Shown: piece after piece, positions 26,294-36,024 of the stretch | Layout: the number at the start of each line of letters is the position of its first letter | Numbering within the stretch: position 1 is the stretch's first letter | Source of the DNA: Candidatus Omnitrophota bacterium | GTDB lineage: Bacteria > Ratteibacteria > UBA8468 > B48-G9 > JAFGKM01 | Assembly: GCA_023819225.1 (NCBI GenBank) | Contig: JAMWCZ010000003.1 | Span: 1-36,450, forward strand | Direction of reading: 5' to 3' | Length of the DNA: 36,450 bases | Program-made: the position numbers and the translations under genes | The notes under the pieces: model-generated | What the model saw: only the letters and a program-made list of their open reading frames with translations | The model's database searches: none | Told to the model about the DNA's origin: nothing

Positions 26294-28120
26294 TTACCAC
26301 TTTATCTGCCAACTACCAGGGACAGGAACATACCTCCTTCTGCCCCAGAAAAACCCTTTATATACCCTTGAGTTTTTCATATACGGTTCAGGGTCATAGA
26401 TGATAGAGGTATTTCTGCCTATTTGTAATGTATCTCCTGCAACAAGAATACCTGTAATGGTCTGAGTATTATCATTCAAGGTTATATTCCTGTATGAGTA
26501 GATGCTTCCCCTGATATTAAAATTATTGGCATTTATGTTTACATTTGCACTATTACTATAATTCACAATTGCAAACTGAAAAGGCGGGTCAAAAGGATAA
26601 TTTATTGTAAAAGGACTTCCTATAGTTATAGTTCCGGTTGAAGCAACTACCGCAATCCCCGCCCTCTGGTTTTCCCCAAGGGTAATAGTTGGAGAACTAG
26701 ATATATTTATCGTTCCGGCACTCCCTGAAGAACTGTTGTGTATATATACGACAGCATCATAGTCAGAGTTTGTTGCGTCTATCGTCCCACCTGAGATATT
26801 AATTGTATGTGCTACAGAAGATGTATTATAACAGACACTGCTTCCATTTATAGTCCCTCCACTTACTGTAATATCCTCATTTGAAAGGACATTTCCATTT
26901 ATTGTCCCGCCACTTAATGTAATATCTCCGGTTGCAAAGACATCTCCACTGATTGTTCCTCCACTGATTGTAATAGCCCTACTTGAAAGTACATCCCCCC
27001 CTATATTCCCACTATTTACTGTAATATCCTGGTCACATTTTACCTTTCCAGTGATATTATTACTTAGTATTAGTGCCCCCCCTTTAACAACAAGGTCTCC
27101 GGTTATTGTGATTCCTGACGCTATGGTCAAAGAAGCACCTGTCATATCCAGACAGAGATTAGAATTTGTATTAGTGATTATATCTTTATTTATCGTCAAA
27201 TTCTTTGTTGCTGCTATTTTAAAATAATTGTCAATGGTAACATCACCCGCATTATTTGGAATTTGTGCATCTGCCTCAACAATAATTGTTCTGCCCCCTG
27301 AGTTAAAATCTTCTGGTAAGAGGTTAGAATTATCTCTTCCAAAAAGATATGTTGAGCCATTCCAGTAGATACCAGGGGCAGGGTCAGGGGTATCGTTGAC
27401 ACTAATACCTCCTGGATATGTCGCATTTATCAGCATACCTGTCTCAGTATATGTATCATCATATACACCTGGTGGAGAAGGGAGATTAAGGTCAACAGTA
27501 AAAGAGGATGTAGAGGTTTCAAAATGAACTATATCAGATAAGGTAAAGGTTTCTGTCCATGTGGCTTCTGTCAGTCCAGATGGTTTATTTGTAATAGTTT
27601 CGCTCATTACATTACCTTTAATAGATACATTTGATGGCGGAGTGCCGCTAAAATTCAGATTTTTTGCATATATTGTATGTTTATTAAATGCTTCAGGAAT
27701 ACCACTATAGGCAGATTTAAGGTTATCTCCTGTATGTGCATATCCTTTAACATTTACTGACACCTCTGCTGTTCTTCCTCTGTATGTTCCAGTTGAAACA
27801 ATCTTTGTCTCACAGGATGTGTCTAACACTAATGTTGCTTTTGCCCCTGAAGGAAAACCAGGAAGCACTATATCTTCTGATGGGGTTGTAAAAGCAGGAT
27901 ACTGGCCTGTATCATACTGGCTATAATTCATCCGATAGAGTACTTCCTGTATCCCTGTCTGGGCTATCTGTAGGGCTATATTTTTGTCCTTGTAGAAGTG
28001 GGCTCTTCTTATTGCAGTTGTAGACGAGATAACTACAGCAATGATAAGGGCAGCAAAAATGATTATCATCACAAGCACCATTATCATTGCCACACCATCT
28101 CTACTGTTTTTGTTTTTCAT
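26294..28120 (-). CDS. 609-aa PilX-N-like pilus-associated protein with beta-helical repeat region
   Basis: ATG 28120 is preceded by GGAGGGAGG. The N-terminal hydrophobic helix VAMIMVLVMIIIFAALIIAVVISS followed by ALQIAQTGIQEVLYRM resembles PilX_N. Periodic ITxSGGTIxGDV repeats. The ORF-track extension to 28282 covers the repeat element. Confidence 0.7.
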   Translation of the reverse strand: MKNKNSRDGVAMIMVLVMIIIFAALIIAVVISSTTAIRRAHFYKDKNIALQIAQTGIQEVLYRMNYSQYDTGQYPAFTTPSEDIVLPGFPSGAKATLVLDTSCETKIVSTGTYRGRTAEVSVNVKGYAHTGDNLKSAYSGIPEAFNKHTIYAKNLNFSGTPPSNVSIKGNVMSETITNKPSGLTEATWTETFTLSDIVHFETSTSSFTVDLNLPSPPGVYDDTYTETGMLINATYPGGISVNDTPDPAPGIYWNGSTYLFGRDNSNLLPEDFNSGGRTIIVEADAQIPNNAGDVTIDNYFKIAATKNLTINKDIITNTNSNLCLDMTGASLTIASGITITGDLVVKGGALILSNNITGKVKCDQDITVNSGNIGGDVLSSRAITISGGTISGDVFATGDITLSGGTINGNVLSNEDITVSGGTINGSSVCYNTSSVAHTINISGGTIDATNSDYDAVVYIHNSSSGSAGTINISSSPTITLGENQRAGIAVVASTGTITIGSPFTINYPFDPPFQFAIVNYSNSANVNINANNFNIRGSIYSYRNITLNDNTQTITGILVAGDTLQIGRNTSIIYDPEPYMKNSRVYKGFFWGRRRYVPVPGSWQIKW

Positions 28121-28134
28121 CCTCCCTCCATAAT

Positions 28135-28163
28135 ATTTTACCATAAAAGTCATTTTAATGCAA
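28135..28163 (-). promoter_or_regulatory. Promoter of the pilX-like operon TTGCAT-17-TAAAAT
   Basis: On the minus strand, -35 at 28163-28158 is exactly 6 nt after the shared TACCCTATCTGTAC motif. -10 is at 28140-28135. Confidence 0.5.
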
Positions 28164-28169
28164 TATACT

Positions 28170-28340
28170 GTACAGATAGGGTATATAGTTAATACTTTCT
28201 TATCTAATTTTTTGTTCAAAAATACCCTAACTCTCCCCTCACCCTTCTTGCCCTTACGGGCTTCGGTCACCCGCCTCACCAACTCGGCGGGCGTGCCAGT
28301 AGAGGCTCTTTATTCCTCTACTCGGCACCCCTCTCCCCTC
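28170..28340 (-). repeat. Conserved structured element, copy 2 (inverted partner of 19297-19467)
   Basis: 28203-28340 is the exact reverse complement of 19297-19434. The 14-nt motif is at 28170-28183. Confidence 0.9.
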
Positions 28341-28490
28341 TGGCAGGGGCGAGGGGCAAGAGAGGAGACCCCTCACCCTATCCCTCTCCCCGCTGTGCGG
28401 GGCGAGGGAAGCCCCTCACCCTATCCCTCTCCCCTCTGACAGGGGCGAGGGAATCCCCTCACCCATACCCTCTCCCCGATGGGGAGAGGG
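28328..28490 (-). repeat. Array of 4 REP units
   Basis: Units at 28328-28355, 28382-28408, 28425-28451 and 28468-28490, separated by CCCCTCACCC-type linkers. Same relative order and orientation to the 138-bp element as array 19188-19302. Confidence 0.85.
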
Positions 28491-28787
28491 AAAAAGAGAG
28501 GGGGATAGTGTGGGAAGAGAGAATAAAAGGTGAGGGAAAAGGTAAGATTCTTAAATTCCTCCCCATATGAAGGAGAATGATAAAGGTGAGGATGAAGGGT
28601 AAGGGGCAGGGGGATAAATGCTACCGCACAGAATCTTCTAACTTTTCAAGTATATTGGGGGTATTACCTAAGGTGTCTTAAATTCTGCAAAATTTTAAGA
28701 GTTAAAACAGCATAAAAATTTTATCCTCTCATTATCATTCCTATACCAAAAAATATGGTATAATTTTGTATGGCAAGGAGGTGACTT

Positions 28788-29774
28788 ATGACAAAAAAGG
28801 AATACGGATATATCAAAAATTTTATAAAATATAATTTCCGTCATTTTAATGCTGGTGTTTTGACATCTGCATCTGAGGCATATGTCAAGCATCTCAAAAA
28901 GGGTGGGAAGATGATGATGGCTATTGCGGGCGCAATGAGTACAGCAGAGTTAGGACTTACCCTTGCAGAGATGATAAGGAAAGACAAGGTGCACGCTATT
29001 ACCTGTACAGGCGCTAACCTGGAAGAGGATATATATAACCTTGTTGCACATAACCACTATGTTATGGTCCCTAACTGGAGAGACCTTTCTCCAGAAGAGG
29101 AAGAAAAACTACTTAAAAGACATCTAAACAGGGTCACAGACACCTGTATCCCTGAAGAAGAGGCAATGAGACGGTTAGAAAAAGTAGTAATAAAGTACTG
29201 GAAAAAAGCAGAAGAAGATGGGCAAAGGTATTTCCCATATGAATATATGTATCAGGTCCTGCGCAGTGGTGAACTTGAAAAGTATTATGAGATAGACCCG
29301 AAGGACTCCTGGATGGTCGCTGCCTGTGAAAAAAATATTCCCATCTTTGTTCCCGGCTGGGAGGATTCTACATTGGGGAATATGTTTGTCTCTCAGGTAA
29401 AAAAGGGGACTATAAAAAATATCTCAATAGTAAAATCAGGGCTTGAAACAATGGATTTCCTGATTGACTGGTATTTAGAGACATCAAAGAATACAAGCAT
29501 AGGATTTTTCCAGATAGGAGGTGGCATTGCAGGGGACTTTCCTATCTGTGTGGTTCCTCTTATTAGGCAGGACTTGAGAAATAAAAAATGTAAACTCTGG
29601 GGATACTTCTGCCAGATATCAGACAGTACAACCTCATATGGTTCTTACAGTGGGGCTATACCAAATGAGAAGATTACATGGGAAAAGTTAGGTGTGGATA
29701 CACCGAAATTTGTTATTGAAAGCGATGCCACAATAGTCGCACCTTTAATGTTTGCCTATATCCTTGCAGAGTAA
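28788..29774 (+). CDS. Deoxyhypusine synthase-like protein
   Basis: 328 aa. The segments GAMSTAELG, ITCTGANLEEDI and FFQIGGGIAGDF resemble the DHS / homospermidine-synthase family. AAGGAGG RBS and an extended -10 TGGTATAAT at 28756-28764. Confidence 0.7.
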   Translation: MTKKEYGYIKNFIKYNFRHFNAGVLTSASEAYVKHLKKGGKMMMAIAGAMSTAELGLTLAEMIRKDKVHAITCTGANLEEDIYNLVAHNHYVMVPNWRDLSPEEEEKLLKRHLNRVTDTCIPEEEAMRRLEKVVIKYWKKAEEDGQRYFPYEYMYQVLRSGELEKYYEIDPKDSWMVAACEKNIPIFVPGWEDSTLGNMFVSQVKKGTIKNISIVKSGLETMDFLIDWYLETSKNTSIGFFQIGGGIAGDFPICVVPLIRQDLRNKKCKLWGYFCQISDSTTSYGSYSGAIPNEKITWEKLGVDTPKFVIESDATIVAPLMFAYILAE

Positions 29775-30652
29775 AATTTTTTAATTTTAGGTATATAAAA
29801 GGATAGACATACAAGCACCATACCGCTTATAATAAGTATATTAAGTGATTCTTTTAAGAATATAATAGACAGGACTGCTGTCACTACAGAGGCAAAGTAT
29901 TGAAATATACCTAACTCTCCTGCCTCAAGATATTTAAGTGCATTATACCAGAGTGTAAACCCGATACCTGCAGGTACTATACCAAGATAGGCACCGGACA
30001 GAAATACAGGCAGGCCGATATTCCAGAAATTTATCTTCATCACTAACATTACTATAAGAAACAAAAACATTCCAGTTAAAAGTATAATAAATGTCGTAAG
30101 AACTGCCCCATATTTTTTTGCAGAGTATCCGCCGAGTACTGTATATAAAGCCCAGCACAAAGCAGAACCTAACGCGAGAATATTACCCTTTAATGGATTG
30201 ATACCCACTGTAGATACCACTCCTGTTCCCTGTATAACCATTGTGCATCCGAGAAATCCAATTATAACACCCAGAACCTTTCCAGAGGATATCTTTTCCC
30301 TGAGGAATAGTGTTGCAAGTATAAGAATAAATAAAGGATTAGCATTCATCAATATACTTGAGGAGGTTGCTGTTGTATATATAAGAGAATAAAAGAGCAG
30401 TGTATTAAAAAGGAATATGCCTATAAAACTGAGAGCAAAAAGATATAGCAGGTCTCGTATAGGTATTGAGAGGACATCTTTTATTTTCCGTAGGAGAATA
30501 AAAAATAAAAATATACTGCCAAAAAAACACCTCCAGAAAGCAATAATAAATGGACTTACATTACCGTTATCAAGTATAAAACGTCCCACAACAAAAACAG
30601 TTCCCCATGTGAAAGACGCAAAAATACCACATAGATATCCTTTATATTTCAC
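29756..30652 (-). CDS. EamA/DMT-family transporter
   Basis: 298 aa with 10 hydrophobic segments in two EamA-like halves. Its 3' end overlaps the convergent DHS-like gene by 19 nt. Confidence 0.75.
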   Translation of the reverse strand: MKYKGYLCGIFASFTWGTVFVVGRFILDNGNVSPFIIAFWRCFFGSIFLFFILLRKIKDVLSIPIRDLLYLFALSFIGIFLFNTLLFYSLIYTTATSSSILMNANPLFILILATLFLREKISSGKVLGVIIGFLGCTMVIQGTGVVSTVGINPLKGNILALGSALCWALYTVLGGYSAKKYGAVLTTFIILLTGMFLFLIVMLVMKINFWNIGLPVFLSGAYLGIVPAGIGFTLWYNALKYLEAGELGIFQYFASVVTAVLSIIFLKESLNILIISGMVLVCLSFYIPKIKKFYSARI

Positions 30653-30668
30653 CGTCTAATCTCAGAAA

Positions 30669-31805
30669 TTATGATAAACTGTTACGGAATTTCTTTATCT
30701 CAGGATAATTATCAGTGTTTTCAATATCTTTAATCTGCTGATAAAGTTGCCTTTCCTGCCTTGACAATCTCTCCGGTATAACTACCTTTATCTTTATCAG
30801 AAGGTCGCCCTTACCATAGCCGGACACCCTGGGCATACCTAAATTCTTTAACCTTAATACAGTACCTGTTTGTGTGCCTGGTGGTACCTTTACCTTTACC
30901 TTTCCTGTAAGTGTGGGTACCTCTATCTCATCACCAATGACTGCCTGTGTAACTGTTATTGGAACTTCACATATAATATCGGAATGTATTCTTTCAAAAA
31001 TTTTATCCTTCTCAATAAATACGGTTATATAAAGGTCTCCTTTCGGCCCATTGTATGGACCTGCATCACCCTGCCCTTTTAATCTTAAACTGCTTCCGTG
31101 TTCAATCCCTGCAGGTATCTTTACAAGAATCTTATGCATATTTCTTATCCTTCCAATTCCTTTGCAATTAAGACAAGGGTCTGCTATTATCTCCCCTTCT
31201 CCTTTACACTTCGGACAGGTTGTTGCTACAGTAAAAAAGCCATTACTCTTTACTACCTGTCCTTTCCCCTGACACTGCGGGCAGGTCTTCTTTCCAATAC
31301 CCTGTGGTTTACTGCCTGTCCCCTTACATACAGGACATTCATCATACCTTGAAATATTTATGTGCTTCTCGGTGCCTGTCGCCGCCTCTTTCAGGGTTAT
31401 ATACATCCTGTATTCAAGGTCTGAACCTCTTATCTGCCATTGACGTTTGGTTGTTCTTTCTCCAAACCAGTCAACACCAAAACTATCAGAGAAAAATGTG
31501 TTGAATATATCACCGAATATATCAGAGAAGTCCATCCTGACCCTGGAAAAGTCCTGTGTCCAGTCAAATCCCTGAGGTCCAAAACCCGCATGTCCATACT
31601 GGTCATATATCTTCCTTTTCTCTGGGTCACTTAAAACCTCATATGCCTCTGTTACTTCCTTGAACTTTTCCTCTGCTTGTTTATTTCCAGGATTTCTATC
31701 AGGGTGATACTGCAAAGCAAGGTTCCTGTACGCCTTCTTTATCTCATCAATAGACGCATCTTTCCCAATCCCAAGCACCTCATAATAATCTCTCTTTTCA
31801 TCCAT
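30669..31805 (-). CDS. dnaJ: Chaperone DnaJ
   Basis: J-domain YYEVLGI...HPDRN, G/F region, and four CxxCxGxG zinc-finger repeats. Confidence 0.95.
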   Translation of the reverse strand: MDEKRDYYEVLGIGKDASIDEIKKAYRNLALQYHPDRNPGNKQAEEKFKEVTEAYEVLSDPEKRKIYDQYGHAGFGPQGFDWTQDFSRVRMDFSDIFGDIFNTFFSDSFGVDWFGERTTKRQWQIRGSDLEYRMYITLKEAATGTEKHINISRYDECPVCKGTGSKPQGIGKKTCPQCQGKGQVVKSNGFFTVATTCPKCKGEGEIIADPCLNCKGIGRIRNMHKILVKIPAGIEHGSSLRLKGQGDAGPYNGPKGDLYITVFIEKDKIFERIHSDIICEVPITVTQAVIGDEIEVPTLTGKVKVKVPPGTQTGTVLRLKNLGMPRVSGYGKGDLLIKIKVVIPERLSRQERQLYQQIKDIENTDNYPEIKKFRNSLS

Positions 31806-31878
31806 CTTCTTTCCTTTTCACATCTCACTTTTTAAGTTTTTTCCTGTTTTTATAGATGAGGTATTTTACCACCAGCAT

Positions 31879-31910
31879 CAAAAAAAAAGCAAGGGCTTTT
31901 ACACCCTTGC
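31879..31910 (-). terminator. Intrinsic terminator immediately after the 16S rRNA
   Basis: On the minus strand: GCAAGGG-TGTAAAAG-CCCTTGC followed by T9-10. Confidence 0.7.
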
Positions 31911-31963
31911 TTTTCTGTTCTTTCTATAATAGTGGAGGTATCCGGACCTTTTTTTACTCCCTG

Positions 31964-33520
<1,557 letters not shown>

Positions 33521-33578
33521 CTTTATGAGGTCCGAATACCTCCAACTTTTTCAAAGAACACATTTTCTTGCAGAAGAT

Positions 33579-33607
33579 ATTATACCTTTCTTTGTATCCC
33601 CTGTCAA
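33579..33607 (-). promoter_or_regulatory. 16S rRNA promoter, perfect TTGACA-17-TATAAT
   Basis: On the minus strand, -35 at 33607-33602 and -10 at 33584-33579, ~60 nt upstream of the mature 16S 5' end. Confidence 0.75.
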
Positions 33608-33645
33608 GAGTTCTTCTTCGCCTTTACACTTCCAGGACAGAATAT

Positions 33646-33843
33646 TTATTCAGCAGGTTCCGGTGGAGCTGGAACTTCTGCCCCTGGGGGTGGAGGCGGT
33701 GCCGGCATTTCTTCCATACCAGGAGGAGTAACTGGTGCCGCTGGTCTCTTCGGCATAGCCTGCTTGATAATAAAGAAAAGCGCCACCAGAATAATTATTA
33801 TCAGAATCACAACTCCTGCCGGATTATTCTTCTTCTCAGCCAT
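33646..33843 (-). CDS. Small single-pass membrane protein with Pro/Ala-rich tail
   Basis: 65 aa with a GGAGGG SD 7 nt upstream, TM helix GVVILIIIILVALFFII, and the tail PAAPVTPPGMEEMPAPPPPPGAEVPAPPEPAE. Confidence 0.5.
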   Translation of the reverse strand: MAEKKNNPAGVVILIIIILVALFFIIKQAMPKRPAAPVTPPGMEEMPAPPPPPGAEVPAPPEPAE

Positions 33844-33951
33844 TTATCATCCCTCCTTTCTTTTTTTTATTTTCTAAGATTGGATTAAACTTTAACATAT
33901 CTAAAAATTTTGTCAAGTCAAATTTCTCTTTTTAAAACACTAATTTAAAAT

Positions 33952-34027
33952 TCGGGGCGCCCGGATTTGAACCGGGGACTCCCAGAACCCCATTCTGGTG
34001 CCCTGAACCGGACTAGGCCACGCCCCG
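33952..34027 (-). tRNA. tRNA-Pro (anticodon GGG)
   Basis: Acceptor CGGGGCG/CGCCCCG; anticodon stem CCAGA/TCTGG with loop ATGGGGT (G37); T arm CCCGG-TTCAAAT-CCGGG; discriminator A. Confidence 0.85.
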
Positions 34028-34055
34028 TATGTAAATAAACACTAAACTCTCTCTT

Positions 34056-34856
34056 CTAAGAGGACTGACGGCACATCTTTATATAATTCATACAATATTC
34101 GTCTTTACCTGTCAATGCCTCTGATACACATATAACCTCTCTCATACCTTCATCAACAGGGTCAATAATTGCAGAATCAAGTCCAAAGGCAATAGAAAGA
34201 GCAAGAAAATATTTGTTAAGCAGTTTCCTCTTTGGTAGTCCAAAAGATACATTTGAAAGTCCACAGGTTGTTTTTATTCCCGGAAATTCTTTTTTTATCA
34301 TTCTGATACTTTCTAAAAATATCATACCATTTTTCACATCAACACTTATTGGTTGAACTAAAGGGTCTATAAAAATATTTTCTCTTAAAACACCTGTATC
34401 TTCAAGTAATTTTACAATTTTCCCTGTTATCTCTATTCTCTTTTCAACATTTACTGGAATACCACTATCATCCATTGTCAGTCCTATTATTTTACACTCA
34501 TTATTTCTTTTTATTACGGGTAAAAGTTCCTCTATCCTTTTGTTCTCTCCATTGATAGAGTTAATCATCCTATCTTTACTTTTTATCCTGTCAAGACACT
34601 CTCCTATTACAATAGGGTCTGAACTGTCAACACAGACAGGTATCTCTCCTATTTCATTTACTATGTCCATAAGCCACTTCATATCAGAGATTTCTCTTTC
34701 CTGCCCTTTACCTGTTCCTGCATTCAGGTCAATATAATGTGCTCCTGCTTCAATCTGTTTTAAAACAACTTTTTTTATGTAATCCCTGTCTTTTTTTTCA
34801 ATCGCCTCTGCTATGGATTTCCTTGTAGCATTTACAAGTTCGCCTATTATTATCAT
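34056..34856 (-). CDS. acsE: Methyltetrahydrofolate:corrinoid methyltransferase-like pterin-binding protein
   Basis: 266 aa. By recollection it is collinear with Moorella MeTr/AcsE: MIIIGE..., YIDLN.G, INS.N, IGLTMD..GIP, IDPL, GLSNVSFG and LD.AI.D. Confidence 0.65.
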   Translation of the reverse strand: MIIIGELVNATRKSIAEAIEKKDRDYIKKVVLKQIEAGAHYIDLNAGTGKGQEREISDMKWLMDIVNEIGEIPVCVDSSDPIVIGECLDRIKSKDRMINSINGENKRIEELLPVIKRNNECKIIGLTMDDSGIPVNVEKRIEITGKIVKLLEDTGVLRENIFIDPLVQPISVDVKNGMIFLESIRMIKKEFPGIKTTCGLSNVSFGLPKRKLLNKYFLALSIAFGLDSAIIDPVDEGMREVICVSEALTGKDEYCMNYIKMCRQSS

Positions 34857-34919
34857 TTGCCACCTCCAAAAAGAAAGACAGAATAATTTATACTTTTCTT
34901 AAAGGATTGTCAAAAATTT

Positions 34920-34948
34920 TTGTTGTTGATAGGATTATCTATTATAAT
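34920..34948 (+). promoter_or_regulatory. Promoter TTGTTG-17-TATAAT of the DUF167 gene
   Basis: -10 at 34943-34948. The ATG at 34955 is 6 nt downstream. Confidence 0.4.
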
Positions 34949-34954
34949 TATCTT

Positions 34955-35170
34955 ATGAAAATTTCAGTAAAGGTAATTTGTAATACAAAACAGAGAAGAG
35001 TAATTAAAGATGGAGATATGTTAAGAGTATGGGTTGATGCACCAGCAGTTGAAGGAAAGGCAAATAAGCGTCTTGTGGAAACACTTGCAGATTATTATCA
35101 TAAGCCGAAAACAGCATTCACAATTAAAAGTGGACTAAAAAGCAAGAAAAAAATTATAGAGATACTATGA
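34955..35170 (+). CDS. DUF167 (YggU-family) protein
   Basis: 71 aa: MKISVKV...RVWVDAPAVEGKANKRLVETLADYY. The TTG-initiated extension from 34907 is unlikely. Confidence 0.75.
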   Translation: MKISVKVICNTKQRRVIKDGDMLRVWVDAPAVEGKANKRLVETLADYYHKPKTAFTIKSGLKSKKKIIEIL

Positions 35171-35772
35171 CAAATACAGATGGCGAGGCAGTCCTTGTAG
35201 AAAGGGCGAAAAACGGAGATATGAAGGCATTTGAGGACCTGATAAAGATTACCAGTGGTAGGATATATAACCTTGGACTTAGAATGCTTCACAATAAAGA
35301 AGATGCTGCTGATATTATGCAGGAGACATATATTGCTGCCTATGAAAATCTCCCGAAGTTTAAAGGCACCTCTTCTTTTTCCACCTGGCTTTATAGAATT
35401 GCAACAAATTTCGCATTAATGAAGATGAGAAAGGAAAAAGGCAGAAAGGTCTCCGAAGAAAGATTAAAGGATATCTCAAAAAATCTTTACAATACCGCAA
35501 TCAACGACTGGACAGATAGTCCAGTTGACCACCTTAAAAAACAGGAATTAAAGACCGCATTGGATAAAGCAATAGAGTCGCTGCCACCAAAATACAGGTC
35601 TGTATTTGTGCTTCATGATATTGAAGGATTACCTATAGCAGAAGTAGCCGATATTCTTTCTATATCAAAGGCGGCTGTAAAAACAAGGTCTCATAGAAGC
35701 AGACTATATCTCAGGGAGAAACTCTCTGAATATTTTAAAGAAAGCGGAGTAAAAAATCTTATAAGGACATAA
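35167..35772 (+). CDS. ECF-type RNA polymerase sigma factor
   Basis: 201 aa. Region 2 (AADIMQETYIAAYENLPKF, FSTWLYRIATNFAL) and region 4 (YRSVFVLHDIEGLPIAEVADILSISKAAVKTRSHRSR). Confidence 0.85.
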   Translation: MTNTDGEAVLVERAKNGDMKAFEDLIKITSGRIYNLGLRMLHNKEDAADIMQETYIAAYENLPKFKGTSSFSTWLYRIATNFALMKMRKEKGRKVSEERLKDISKNLYNTAINDWTDSPVDHLKKQELKTALDKAIESLPPKYRSVFVLHDIEGLPIAEVADILSISKAAVKTRSHRSRLYLREKLSEYFKESGVKNLIRT

Positions 35773-35775
35773 AAA

Positions 35776-36021
35776 ATGGATAGATATTTCAGTTGTAAAG
35801 ATATTTACAGGATGTTATCCGGATATATAGATGACGAAATAGATACAATGGTAAGAGAGATAATGGAAGAACATATCAAGGAATGTGAAAGGTGCCTTTC
35901 CCTCCTTCACACCCTTGAAAAAACTATTGTTTTCTCCAGAGAAACCCATAGAAGAAAGAAAGTTCCAGAAAGATTTGTCAAAAAGGTATATTACGAGATA
36001 AGAATAAGATACAAGAGGTAG
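35776..36021 (+). CDS. Soluble zinc-binding (ZAS) anti-sigma factor, RsrA-like
   Basis: 81 aa with no TM segment. HIKECERC gives the H-x3-C-x2-C motif, and Cys7 lies 26 residues before the His. Starts 4 nt after the sigma gene. Confidence 0.7.
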   Translation: MDRYFSCKDIYRMLSGYIDDEIDTMVREIMEEHIKECERCLSLLHTLEKTIVFSRETHRRKKVPERFVKKVYYEIRIRYKR

Positions 36022-36024
36022 AAA

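Noticed and set aside
26136-26312. Long N-terminal extensions of the pilin-cluster ORFs (also 28121-28282) and of gdh (19548-19634)
   Set aside because: The extensions translate REP units, the repeat element or the leader terminator. Internal ATGs have proper RBSs and give canonical N-termini.
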